Shown: one piece after another, positions 1 to 8,727 of the stretch | How the letters are laid out: every line of letters begins with the position of its first letter | How positions within the stretch are numbered: position 1 is the stretch's first letter | NCBI GenBank assembly: GCA_016181845.1 | Contig: JACOYO010000003.1 | Coordinates: forward strand, 16,185-80,184 | DNA length: 64,000 bases | Direction of reading: 5' to 3' | Source of the DNA: Parcubacteria group bacterium | GTDB taxonomy: Bacteria > Patescibacteriota > Minisyncoccia > Phycocordibacterales > 21-14-all-47-15 | The notes under the pieces: model-generated | Databases searched by the model: none | What the model saw: the letters and a program-made list of their open reading frames with translations, nothing else | Told to the model about the DNA's origin: nothing | Program-made: the position numbers and the translations under genes

Positions 1-444
1 GCTTTATCAGTTGAAAAGAATTATCCGCATCGGGCCGCGCTTTATGATAAACTCCTCTCTTCCGAGACAAAAAACGCCCAAAAAGAAACCGTTGACGCGG
101 TGACGTTTGCGGTGGTAAGCACGGCGTACACCGTGCACGCGCGCGCGATTGTGGCGCTTACTGAATCAGGCCTCACCGCGCGTATGCTCTCGCGATATCG
201 TCCGGAACAGCTGATCATCGTAATGAGCCCGCGCGAAGAAACCATCCGCCAGCTCTCGCTTTCTTTCGGATGTTCATCCGCGCATATTGATGCGTTCACC
301 GATATCACCGAGGTGATGAAAACAGTGCGAACTTTTGTACTGACAAACAAAATTGCAAAAAAGGGAGACCGCGTGGTTATCGCCGCGGGTATTCCATTTG
401 GCAAATCCGGTGGCACCAACCTGCTTTTGGTTCAAGTAGTGTAA
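1..444 (+). CDS. pyk: Pyruvate kinase, C-terminal part (5' truncated by window)
   Basis: IVALTESGLTARMLSRYRP and GDRVVIAAGIPFGKSGGTN match the PK C-terminal domain. Confidence 0.88.
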   Translation, partial: ALSVEKNYPHRAALYDKLLSSETKNAQKETVDAVTFAVVSTAYTVHARAIVALTESGLTARMLSRYRPEQLIIVMSPREETIRQLSLSFGCSSAHIDAFTDITEVMKTVRTFVLTNKIAKKGDRVVIAAGIPFGKSGGTNLLLVQVV

Positions 445-455
445 AAACTATAAAC

Positions 456-782
456 ATGATATCAATTGATGATTTTGCAAAAGTGGATATGGCTGTCGGG
501 AAAATTTTGTCTGCAGGAAAAATGCCCGATGCTGACAAACTTTTAATACTAAAAGTGGACTTTGGAGAAGAAGCGCTACGACAAGTGATTTCAGGAATCG
601 CGCTTCACTTCCCCGCTCCTGAAACATTAATCGGGCGCAAATTTATTTTTGTAACCAATCTTGAGCCGCGCGTCATTCGCGGCTTTGAAAGCCACGCGAT
701 GATTTTGGCCGCAAACACACCAGACGCATTTTCTCTGCTTGAAGTAACCGATGCAATCCCCGCCGGCACAAAGTTGAAATAG
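456..782 (+). CDS. Stand-alone tRNA-binding OB-fold protein (Trbp111/CsaA/MetRS C-terminal-like)
   Basis: ISIDDFAKVD, ADKLL, RQVISGIA, NLEPR, GFESHAMILAA motifs. Confidence 0.85.
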   Translation: MISIDDFAKVDMAVGKILSAGKMPDADKLLILKVDFGEEALRQVISGIALHFPAPETLIGRKFIFVTNLEPRVIRGFESHAMILAANTPDAFSLLEVTDAIPAGTKLK

Positions 783-895
783 ACTTACTTGTGAGCTAAA
801 CTACTTGGGGGGGTTAACCTCCAAATATATTTTGATGGTAGTTTTATCCCCTTTCTTTGTTTGAGTTGCAATCTATTTATTATATAATTGATAAT

Positions 896-1024
896 ATGAT
901 GGGATATTATAGTGGCTGGGGTATGATGGGAGGCGCAGGCACGTTCGGCATTATCACATGGCTTGTGATATTTGTTGATTTCGTGCTACTCGGCATCTGG
1001 CTCTGGAAACAAATCAATAAATAA
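896..1024 (+). CDS. 42-aa small membrane protein MMGYYSGWGMMGGAGTFGIITWLVIFVDFVLLGIWLWKQINK (not in ORF track)
   Basis: Read by hand: ATG 896 to TAA 1024; Gly/Met-rich N-terminus, one TM helix, basic tail; TATAAT just upstream; 4 nt before the SDR start. Confidence 0.7.
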   Translation: MMGYYSGWGMMGGAGTFGIITWLVIFVDFVLLGIWLWKQINK

Positions 1025-1028
1025 GAGT

Positions 1029-1790
1029 ATGTTTAATTTATCGGGTAAAGTCGCATTGGTAACCGGTGGGAGACGCGGCATGGGTAAGTCACACGCGCTT
1101 TTTTTGGCGCGCCAAGGAGCTAAGGTTATCGTAACTGATATCAATGAAAATGAATGCGCGCCGGTAGTTGAAGAAATAAATGCGGCGGGCGGCGAAGCAA
1201 TGTGCGTCAAAATGGATGTTTCGGACAAAGCTGACGTAGATTCTGCTTTTGACCAAGCGATACGGAAATTCGGGCGTCTTGATATTTTGGTCAACAACGC
1301 AGGAATCTACATCCAAAAACCAGCGATGGAATTAAGCGAGGAAGAGTGGGATAAAACGATAACTGTTAATCTCAAGGGTCAGTTTCTCTGCGCCAAGCGT
1401 GCCGCAAAAGAAATGTCAAAAAATAAATGGGGGCGGATTATCAATATCGCTTCCGTTGCGTCCGGTCAGGTTGGTATCGGTATCGCCGGCGGCGCGCACT
1501 ACACGGCATCAAAAGGCGGCGTTATTGGAATGTCGGAAACACTTGCTATTGAATGGGCGCCTTTGGGCATCAATGTAAATGTTATCGCTCCCGGAGCAAT
1601 AGATACACCCATGGTACAAGCGGCGCAAATGCCGAAAGACGCGATGGACGCCATGCTTTCACGCGTTCCGCTAAAAAGAATCGGGAAACCGGAAGAAGTC
1701 TCCGCTATGATTGTCTTTCTTGCTTCAAATGAAGCAAGTTATATTACCGGAGCAACTTTCTATGTAGACGGCGGATGGCTTGCGGCTTGA
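1029..1790 (+). CDS. Short-chain dehydrogenase/reductase (FabG-like)
   Basis: TGGRRGMG, NNAG, YTASK, IAPGAIDT; start revised to ATG 1029. Confidence 0.92.
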   Translation: MFNLSGKVALVTGGRRGMGKSHALFLARQGAKVIVTDINENECAPVVEEINAAGGEAMCVKMDVSDKADVDSAFDQAIRKFGRLDILVNNAGIYIQKPAMELSEEEWDKTITVNLKGQFLCAKRAAKEMSKNKWGRIINIASVASGQVGIGIAGGAHYTASKGGVIGMSETLAIEWAPLGINVNVIAPGAIDTPMVQAAQMPKDAMDAMLSRVPLKRIGKPEEVSAMIVFLASNEASYITGATFYVDGGWLAA

Positions 1791-1791
1791 A

Positions 1792-1820
1792 TTGACATTT
1801 ATAACTCATTATAGTATACT
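1792..1820 (+). promoter_or_regulatory. sigma70-type promoter of csp1
   Basis: TTGACA-17 nt-TATACT. Confidence 0.8.
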
Positions 1821-1918
1821 CAACTAATCAAATCAGAACTGTAAGAGAAACGAAGTCGGGTTTTTTCATACAGCATTTTGTATTTGAATATTTACTCGAA
1901 TAAGTTTCTTTTATCGCA

Positions 1919-2119
1919 ATGAATCAAGGAACAATCGCGCGTCTCACTGATCGTGGATTCGGCTTCATTGCTCGTGAAGGTGAAGAGAAAGATCTTTTCT
2001 TCCATTCAAGCGGGCTTTCAGGCGTACAATTCAACGAACTTCAGGAAGGCGACAAGGTATCTTTTGAAGTTACCAACGGTCCGAAAGGTCCGAGCGCAAC
2101 AAACGTTACGCGAATCTAA
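1919..2119 (+). CDS. Cold-shock protein (copy 1)
   Basis: RGFGFI (RNP1), LFFH (RNP2), GPKGPSATNV. Confidence 0.95.
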   Translation: MNQGTIARLTDRGFGFIAREGEEKDLFFHSSGLSGVQFNELQEGDKVSFEVTNGPKGPSATNVTRI

Positions 2120-2125
2120 TGAAAC

Positions 2126-2240
2126 AAAATCCCCCGACAGACCGTCGGGGGATTTTGTTTCATAATCGGCATACACATCAGGCATACCGACATCCGGTCG
2201 CATTCAAAAAATCCCCCGACAGACCGTCGGGGGATTTTGT
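2126..2240. terminator. Duplicated bidirectional terminator hairpin (2126-2158 and 2208-2240)
   Basis: Two identical 33-mers AAAATCCCCCGACAGACCGTCGGGGGATTTTGT between convergent csp and gdh. Confidence 0.75.
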
Positions 2241-2245
2241 ATTAG

Positions 2246-3499
2246 TCAGCCTCCGCGTATGTGCGAGGCTTCCAAAATGTTCTTCACTGATTTGGCATAC
2301 GCGCATACGCGCAAATTTTTGTCCGTCACGTATATGCTGTCTGCCACATCCGTTGTTTGTCTCTTTAGTTTTTGAAACACTTCTTCCGTGGTCCACCGAT
2401 ACCCATATAAATTCTGGACCCACTCAAAATAACTGACGATGACACCGCCGGCATTTGCCAGGATATCCGGGATAACATACACGCCGTTTTTGTATAATAG
2501 AGCATCAGCTTCGGCGGTAATCGGAGCGTTCGCAAGCTCCAATATAATCTGCGCTTTAATCCGCGGAGCGTTCTCAATGGTTATTTGTCCACCAAGCGCC
2601 GCGGGAATGAGCACATCACAAGGAATTTCAAGGAGCTCTTCATTGCTTATTTTTTGAGCGCTTCTCAAAGACCCATGCGAGATATCCGCTAACGCAGTCC
2701 CCGATTTCTTTGCTTGGGCAAGCACATGGATTGGCAAACCTTCTTTTTCAAAGAGCCCACCGCTTGAATCGCTCACCGCGATAATCTTGCATCCTTTTTC
2801 TGAAAGAATGTCAGCCGCGTTGAGACCAGCATTCCCAAACCCCTGAATCGCCACCGTACGATGCGGCAATTGCAATTTGTTGCGTCGCTGGAGAAGGTAT
2901 TCAAGAATATAAACACCACCAAGAGCCGTCGCGACATCGCGTCCGCGAGAACCTCCGAACATAAGTGGCTTTCCTGTGATAACGGCAGGCGCGCTGACTC
3001 CTGAAAGTTTCTCATACTCATCCCTCATCCACGCCATAATTTGAGGATTGGTATACACGTCCGGAGCCGGAATGTCTTTTTGCGGTCCAAGATTGGGATA
3101 GAGACCACGCACAAATCCGCGGCTCAATCGTTCAAGCTCCCAAATTGAAAGCATTTTTGGATCAACTTCCACTCCCCCCTTTGCTCCGCCGAAAGGTAAG
3201 CCCGACAAAGAAGTCTTTAGGCTCATAAGAAACGCGAGTGTACTGACTTCTTCCAAATCAATATCCGGATGGAAACGAATGCCTCCCTTGGTCGGACCAA
3301 GCGCGTCGTTATACTGCACACGATACGCGTTAAACCTTTTTATTTTTCCGGAATCCATCCGCACAGGTATCGTAAAAATATACACGCATGCCGGATGTGT
3401 CAGTAAAAATGTTTCTTCCGGAGAAAGCGGAAGTTCTCCGTCAAGTAGGGCTAAATATTCTTCGGCATGCGTACATGCCGTTTTATCTTTTGAATTCAT
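2246..3499 (-). CDS. gdhA: Glu/Leu/Phe/Val dehydrogenase, probably glutamate dehydrogenase
   Basis: GPTKGGIRFHP, LPFGGAKGG, DIPAPD, QGFGNAG, PDILANAGGVIVSYFEWVQN; SD AAGGAG. Confidence 0.9.
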   Translation of the reverse strand: MNSKDKTACTHAEEYLALLDGELPLSPEETFLLTHPACVYIFTIPVRMDSGKIKRFNAYRVQYNDALGPTKGGIRFHPDIDLEEVSTLAFLMSLKTSLSGLPFGGAKGGVEVDPKMLSIWELERLSRGFVRGLYPNLGPQKDIPAPDVYTNPQIMAWMRDEYEKLSGVSAPAVITGKPLMFGGSRGRDVATALGGVYILEYLLQRRNKLQLPHRTVAIQGFGNAGLNAADILSEKGCKIIAVSDSSGGLFEKEGLPIHVLAQAKKSGTALADISHGSLRSAQKISNEELLEIPCDVLIPAALGGQITIENAPRIKAQIILELANAPITAEADALLYKNGVYVIPDILANAGGVIVSYFEWVQNLYGYRWTTEEVFQKLKRQTTDVADSIYVTDKNLRVCAYAKSVKNILEASHIRGG

Positions 3500-3528
3500 A
3501 CGCTTCTCCTTTCGGACGATGAGCAGTG

Positions 3529-4506
3529 TTAAGAAGAATGAGTATCCAGGTTTCGTTCAAACTCATGTAATCGTTTCCAGATACTCCGCAATTCGGTAAT
3601 CGTTGTCCAATTATGGATAAACAGCGCAAGGCTTCCGTGTACTTGGGAAAAAGCATTTGAGACTTGAATCAAGACTCCAAGCGTAATAACACCGGTAAAC
3701 AATCCGGGTGCCATGATAAGATACGGCACAATGACCATGCATTGGTCATAGGTATTCAACCAAATGTCAAAATACCCATAATGCAAAAAGAGACGCTGAT
3801 AATTAAACCGAATTCCGGCAAATAATTCTTTCAGAATCGGCAGAGAAGCATGTTCAATTTTATTGTCCTCGCCATACACCAATTCTTTGCGAAACGCCGC
3901 CTCCACTTTTTGATTATTGTATTCAAGCCCCGGCAATTTAATACCGACAAACCAAGAAATAATCATTCCACCAACACTCACCAGAAGCGCCGCCCAGACG
4001 AGCGACCCGGGGATGTCCTTGATAATCGGCAAATCGACGCCATGTCCCAATTTCCACAAAACCGGAAGAAAAGCGATGAGGGTCATGAGCGCTCGTATCA
4101 CTTGCAGACCGAGCGATTCCACAATGCGCGCAAACCGATAGGTGTCTTCTTGGATACGCTGACTCGCTCCTTCAATCTCTGCCGCCACATTTCGCCAACG
4201 CGGAATATAATCAAACGTTATTGCCTCGCGCCAACGCAATGAATAGAGACGGGTAAAATAAGCAGTTATGGTTGCTAGAAGGACATAGGGCATTGCAATA
4301 GAAAGAAACGTTCTTATACTTTTCCAAAATTCAGACAAAGAATGTTCCGTCGCTTTTTGCAACATGTCATAAAATCCACCGTACCAATCATTTATCAGCA
4401 CAGACATGTGCACTTGCGCGTAGAGAGAACAAAATAAAAATACGCCGCCACCATATGCCCAAAACATCCATTTTTTGTTTAGGAAAAAGGCTCGTATCAT
4501 GAGCAT
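3529..4506 (-). CDS. SbmA/BacA-like peptide transporter
   Basis: INDWYGGFYD, EGASQRIQEDT, NNQKVEAAFRKELVYGED, WTTITELRSIWKRLHEFE. Confidence 0.88.
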   Translation of the reverse strand: MLMIRAFFLNKKWMFWAYGGGVFLFCSLYAQVHMSVLINDWYGGFYDMLQKATEHSLSEFWKSIRTFLSIAMPYVLLATITAYFTRLYSLRWREAITFDYIPRWRNVAAEIEGASQRIQEDTYRFARIVESLGLQVIRALMTLIAFLPVLWKLGHGVDLPIIKDIPGSLVWAALLVSVGGMIISWFVGIKLPGLEYNNQKVEAAFRKELVYGEDNKIEHASLPILKELFAGIRFNYQRLFLHYGYFDIWLNTYDQCMVIVPYLIMAPGLFTGVITLGVLIQVSNAFSQVHGSLALFIHNWTTITELRSIWKRLHEFERNLDTHSS

Positions 4507-4540
4507 ACCCCACGTTTAATTTGTGTTTTGAGAACTTGTT

Positions 4541-4751
4541 TTGGGAACTTAGTTCCCAAGATGTCAAAGAAATAACTGCCCTAAAACTACTCCTCTCCGC
4601 CAATAAAAGCAATCAAACTCCATGAAGGACCGAGACTCCGTGAAGGACCGTCCTTCACGGGTGTTTTTGATTCAACAAATTCGGCTATCGCATAGCCGAA
4701 TTCGGCAACAAATTCGGCAACAAAAATTCGGCTATCGCATAGCCGAATTTG
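4541..4751. repeat. Mosaic cluster of short palindromes (REP/BIME-like)
   Basis: TTGGGAACTTAGTTCCCAA; CCGTGAAGGACCGTCCTTCACGG; two copies of AATTCGGCTATCGCATAGCCGAATT. Confidence 0.75.
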
Positions 4752-4886
4752 AATGTTTTGGAAAAACTATACTTTTTCTTTTTGATATGGTATTATGTGG
4801 TTTACTCGCTTAAGGGTCGGTTCAAAATCTCCAAGCGCATGGGGATTTTTTCTTTCAGAAAAGCGCGCGTATTAAAATCTCTACTT

Positions 4887-6683
4887 ATGGACATCCGAAA
4901 CATCGCTATCATCGCCCACGTGGACCACGGGAAGACAACGCTCACCGACGCGATTCTTTCGCAGACCCACGCAGTCGACACCGGCATCAGCATGGACAGC
5001 AACGCGCTTGAGAAAGAGCGTGGCATTACGATTTACTCAAAAAACGCGTCGGTAATCTATAAAGGGACAAAAATAAATATTGTTGATACGCCAGGACACG
5101 CCGATTTCGGTTCCGAAGTGGAACGCGTGCTTCGCTCTATAGACTCGGTGCTTTTGGTGGTGGACGCGCAGGAAGGCCCGATGCCGCAGACACGATTCGT
5201 ATTGAAAAAATCCTTGGCGCTCGGATTGCGCCCAATTTTGGTTATCAATAAAATTGATAAGCCCGCCGCAAACCCCGACCATGTACACAACGAGGTTTTT
5301 GAACTTTTCTCGGAGCTCGGCGCTACGAACGAACAGCTTGATTTCCCGGTCATATACGCTATCGGCCGTGACGGTATCGCGAAAAAAAATCTCACGGACG
5401 ATTCAAAAGATATCACTCCACTTTTGGATATGGTGTTGAGCCATGTGCCAATCGCTTCGGGAAAAGAAAGCGAGCCTTTTTGCGCACAGCCGTTTAATCT
5501 CGCGTATGACAATTTTTTGGGACGGCTTGCTATCGTCCGCGTATATGGCGGCACTCTCGCGCAAGGCGCCGCGGCGTATGTCAAAAAACCGACCGGCCAG
5601 GTAATCAAAGGAAAAATCACAAAGCTTTTCACATTCTCCGGTATTTCACGCGTGGACACCGACACAATAACCGCTGGCGACATTGCAATTATCGCTGGGC
5701 TCCCCGATGCGTACATCGGCGACACAATCACCGATTCTCCGGACGTGCCGCATCTTGAGGCTATCGCCATAGACGAACCGACCATCGAACTGACCTTTTT
5801 AATAAATAATTCGCCTTTCGCTGGACGTGAAGGAAAATTCGTCACCAGCCGCCAGCTCCGCGAACGTCTTGAAAAAGAGCTTGAGGTCAACGTGGGCCTT
5901 AAAGTTGATTTTGATTCCGCAAGCGGAGGTGGCGAACAATTCACCGTCTACGGACGCGGCGAGCTACATATCGCTATTCTTATTGAAAATATGCGGCGTG
6001 AAGGGTACGAGCTTCAGGTTTCTCAGCCGCACGTCATCATGAAGACAATAGACGGCGTACGCCAAGAACCGTTTGAAGAAATTGTGGTTGATGTACCGGC
6101 CGAAATGCAGGGCGTCGTGATTGAAAAACTAAGCGCGCGTGGAGCGATGATGCAAAAAACGCACATGCACGAAAAGCGAATACTCCTTTCATTTGAAGGA
6201 CCGAGTCGCGGACTGTTCGGCTATCGAAACATGTTTATTATAGACACCAAAGGCGAAGGCATCCTTGCTACGCGCACAGTTGGCTATCGTCCGTACGCGG
6301 GAGAAATCGCCCACCGCGACACCGGCTCCATGATTTCACAGGCGGCCGGAAAAGCCGTCGCGTTTGCTTTGGACAACCTACAGAATCGCGGCACCCTCTA
6401 TATCAAAGAAAATACCGAGGTATACGAAGGCATGATTATCGGCAACACAACCAAAGGCGACGAGCTGACTGTCAATCCGCTCAAAGGCAAACAGCTCACT
6501 AACATGCGCGCGTCCGGTTCCGACGAAGCGATTCGTCTCGTGCCGCCGCACATCCTCTCCATTGAAAGCGGGCTTGAAATTATGGCTGATGATGAGTATT
6601 TGGAAGTTACACCCAAAAGCGTCCGCTTGCGAAAAAAATATCTCACCGAAAACGACCGCGCCAAAGCGCGCAGGAAAGAATAG
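4887..6683 (+). CDS. typA: Translational GTPase TypA/BipA
   Basis: IRNIAIIAHVDHGKTTL, DTPGHADF, GRGELHI, KQLTNMRASGSDE; start revised to ATG 4887. Confidence 0.96.
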   Translation: MDIRNIAIIAHVDHGKTTLTDAILSQTHAVDTGISMDSNALEKERGITIYSKNASVIYKGTKINIVDTPGHADFGSEVERVLRSIDSVLLVVDAQEGPMPQTRFVLKKSLALGLRPILVINKIDKPAANPDHVHNEVFELFSELGATNEQLDFPVIYAIGRDGIAKKNLTDDSKDITPLLDMVLSHVPIASGKESEPFCAQPFNLAYDNFLGRLAIVRVYGGTLAQGAAAYVKKPTGQVIKGKITKLFTFSGISRVDTDTITAGDIAIIAGLPDAYIGDTITDSPDVPHLEAIAIDEPTIELTFLINNSPFAGREGKFVTSRQLRERLEKELEVNVGLKVDFDSASGGGEQFTVYGRGELHIAILIENMRREGYELQVSQPHVIMKTIDGVRQEPFEEIVVDVPAEMQGVVIEKLSARGAMMQKTHMHEKRILLSFEGPSRGLFGYRNMFIIDTKGEGILATRTVGYRPYAGEIAHRDTGSMISQAAGKAVAFALDNLQNRGTLYIKENTEVYEGMIIGNTTKGDELTVNPLKGKQLTNMRASGSDEAIRLVPPHILSIESGLEIMADDEYLEVTPKSVRLRKKYLTENDRAKARRKE

Positions 6684-6818
6684 ACAGCACGACAAAAATT
6701 GACAAAATTATAATATATGTATAATTAAAAACGTAACTCGTTCTTTTCAACGCGGCTTGATTACAAAAGCAAGCCGTAAATACTATTGGCGAAACCCTTA
6801 ATGAAAGGAAAAACCGCC

Positions 6819-7472
6819 ATGGATAAACAAACCGGTAAATTAATTGCAAAGATAGCGGAGAACCTCCCCGACTTAAACAAGGACACTATGCAGTGGTGGA
6901 TAGAGAATCCGGATGCTCTTAAAAGAACGATCCAAGAATCTTTGCGCCCGCCTGGACAAAATCGTAAATGGCGCGAAAAAAACGGCGTCATCTACTTCTC
7001 GGTCACCAGCGACGGCACGGATGGCCCGGGGTGGATCAAGCGTCTAGAAGATCCGGAAGGCAACGGTTCCAGCCACGTTGATGACAATGCCAGGTGGGTA
7101 CTCCGTTCGCCGGACTTCAAACCGACAAGTGGTGTGACGACCAAGTGCGCTATTCTCAAGGGCACACTCTTCAAGGGCGACCACCGGATCACGAAGAATG
7201 TTCGCGCCGAGGCTGACAAGCGCAAGCTCTCGAAGCCCGACGCCGAACTGGCCTGCCTCATCCGTGAGAAGTTCACGAACAAGGAGATCGAAGCGATGGG
7301 CTTGATGTACATTGTTGCCATGCACGAACCCATCAACGACTCTGGCGGCAATCCGAGCTTGCTGTTCGCACTCTGTGAATACAATGATTGCTGGTTCGGC
7401 GCGCTCAACGACAAGTCTGACAGGTTGTGGCATCGTGAAGGTGGATTCGCCTTCGCCGTGTCGCAGTATTAA
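6819..7472 (+). CDS. Hypothetical protein; C-terminus resembles CPR DGR-target-like lectin folds
   Basis: Own promoter (TTGACA 6699 ... TATAAT), SD AAGGA before ATG 6819; C-terminal DSGGNPSLL...W.....D.....W...GGFAF. Confidence 0.65.
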   Translation: MDKQTGKLIAKIAENLPDLNKDTMQWWIENPDALKRTIQESLRPPGQNRKWREKNGVIYFSVTSDGTDGPGWIKRLEDPEGNGSSHVDDNARWVLRSPDFKPTSGVTTKCAILKGTLFKGDHRITKNVRAEADKRKLSKPDAELACLIREKFTNKEIEAMGLMYIVAMHEPINDSGGNPSLLFALCEYNDCWFGALNDKSDRLWHREGGFAFAVSQY

Positions 7473-7478
7473 TATACA

Positions 7479-7528
7479 AGCCCCGTTGCTTTTTGTTTCC
7501 AAACAAAATCAACGGGGCTATTTTTTTT
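7479..7528 (+). terminator. Rho-independent terminator
   Basis: AGCCCCGTTG...CAACGGGGCT followed by T-run. Confidence 0.7.
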
Positions 7529-7529
7529 A

Positions 7530-7581
7530 AACACCTCTGTGAAGAGCCGTTTGTGAAGGACCGTCCTTCACAGAGGTGTTT
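7530..7581. repeat. GAAGGACCGTCCTTC-family palindrome
   Basis: AAACACCTCTGTGAAG...GTGAAGGACCGTCCTTCACAGAGGTGTTT; same core at ~4640 and ~59038. Confidence 0.7.
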
Positions 7582-7727
7582 TGGTTAGAAAGCATTGACG
7601 AAAAAAAGATTTGCTAGTATTATGCTCCGTATCAAAACAGCAGGGCTAGAAATAGAATGGGAGTTGAGTTTTATTTCGTTAAAGACCGAGTTTTGAAGAA
7701 TTACTCAATTTTATTTTATTTGTAGTT

Positions 7728-7928
7728 ATGCAACAAGGCACTATCGCCAGACTGACAGACAAAGGCTACGGATTCATTTCGCGCGAAGGAGAAGCAAAAG
7801 ACCTTTTCTTTCACGCAAACGAACTCCGAGACGTCAGATACGACGAACTCAAAGAGGGAGACAGCGTTTCCTTTGAAATCGCCGAAAGCCACAAAGGCAT
7901 GCACGCAGTAAATGTGTCGCGCGTCTAA
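7728..7928 (+). CDS. Cold-shock protein (copy 2)
   Basis: KGYGFI, LFFH; promoter TTGACG-17-TATTAT at 7595-7623. Confidence 0.95.
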   Translation: MQQGTIARLTDKGYGFISREGEAKDLFFHANELRDVRYDELKEGDSVSFEIAESHKGMHAVNVSRV

Positions 7929-8112
7929 ATAGACTTTCCGTCGATAAAAATAGCCCTTATTATTGCTTTTTTAGGCAATATAGGGGCTATTTTTTATACA
8001 GAATCCAAGCCTTATTTTTTTACGAAAAAATTGACAAAAATATATAAACGTGCTAGAGTATTCAAATACGGCTAAAGAGAGCCGTTTTTAATTGGCTTAA
8101 AATATTCAAATT

Positions 8113-8673
8113 ATGGGTAATATCATTGGCTTATTTTTACTTGGAAATGTCATAACAAACGGCACTTTTGGCATAAGCATACTTCCTGCGCCCATCGTTG
8201 CCCAAAAAGAAGCGCCTGCAACTCCGGTCGCTCCATTGGACGAAAAAGAAATCCTCTGGCTCGCGCGCGGTGTTTATTCGGAAACTAAAAACGAAGAAGA
8301 AATGCGCCTTATCGCATGGGTCATCCGCAATCGTGTTGAGACAAAATACCGCGGCACCACTTATCAGGAAGTGGTAACAAGCGAGAAGCAATTTTCAGGA
8401 TTCCATGTATCAAGTTCGGAATACAAAAACAATCGCTCGCTTGATTATAGCGACATCAAAAACAAAGATTGGCGCGCGGCGCTTGCTATCGCAAAAAAAG
8501 TTTATACTGCAGATGAATCGGAGCGGCCATTTCCAAAAACGGTTCGCCACTTCTACTCTCCTGCATTGATAGACACTGCTCCGGAATGGGCGCGCGAAGA
8601 AAACCCGTATCAAAATATCGCATATTCGGAAATACCAAACCCTAATTTCGTTTTCTACAACGCAATTCAGTAA
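8113..8673 (+). CDS. Cell wall hydrolase, SleB/Hydrolase_2 family
   Basis: WLARGVYSE (catalytic Glu), IAWVIRNRV, QFS, HFYSP; N-terminal hydrophobic segment. Confidence 0.8.
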   Translation: MGNIIGLFLLGNVITNGTFGISILPAPIVAQKEAPATPVAPLDEKEILWLARGVYSETKNEEEMRLIAWVIRNRVETKYRGTTYQEVVTSEKQFSGFHVSSSEYKNNRSLDYSDIKNKDWRAALAIAKKVYTADESERPFPKTVRHFYSPALIDTAPEWAREENPYQNIAYSEIPNPNFVFYNAIQ

Positions 8674-8727
8674 AAAAACCGCTATTCCAATATACTGGAA
8701 TAGCGGTTTTTAATTTGTTTGAAAACA

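Noticed and set aside
2126-2240. Mini-CRISPR (two 33-bp repeats, 49-nt spacer)
   Set aside because: Only two units, terminator-shaped, between convergent genes, no cas operon
4674-4751. CRISPR-like repeats
   Set aside because: The sequence between the palindromes is itself repeat-derived (CAACAAATTCGG), not a unique spacer
5057-5944. Long antisense ORFs (295 aa opposite typA; similar ones opposite rpoB, rpoC, uvrA, uvrB)
   Set aside because: Shadow frames of conserved genes with no independent motifs
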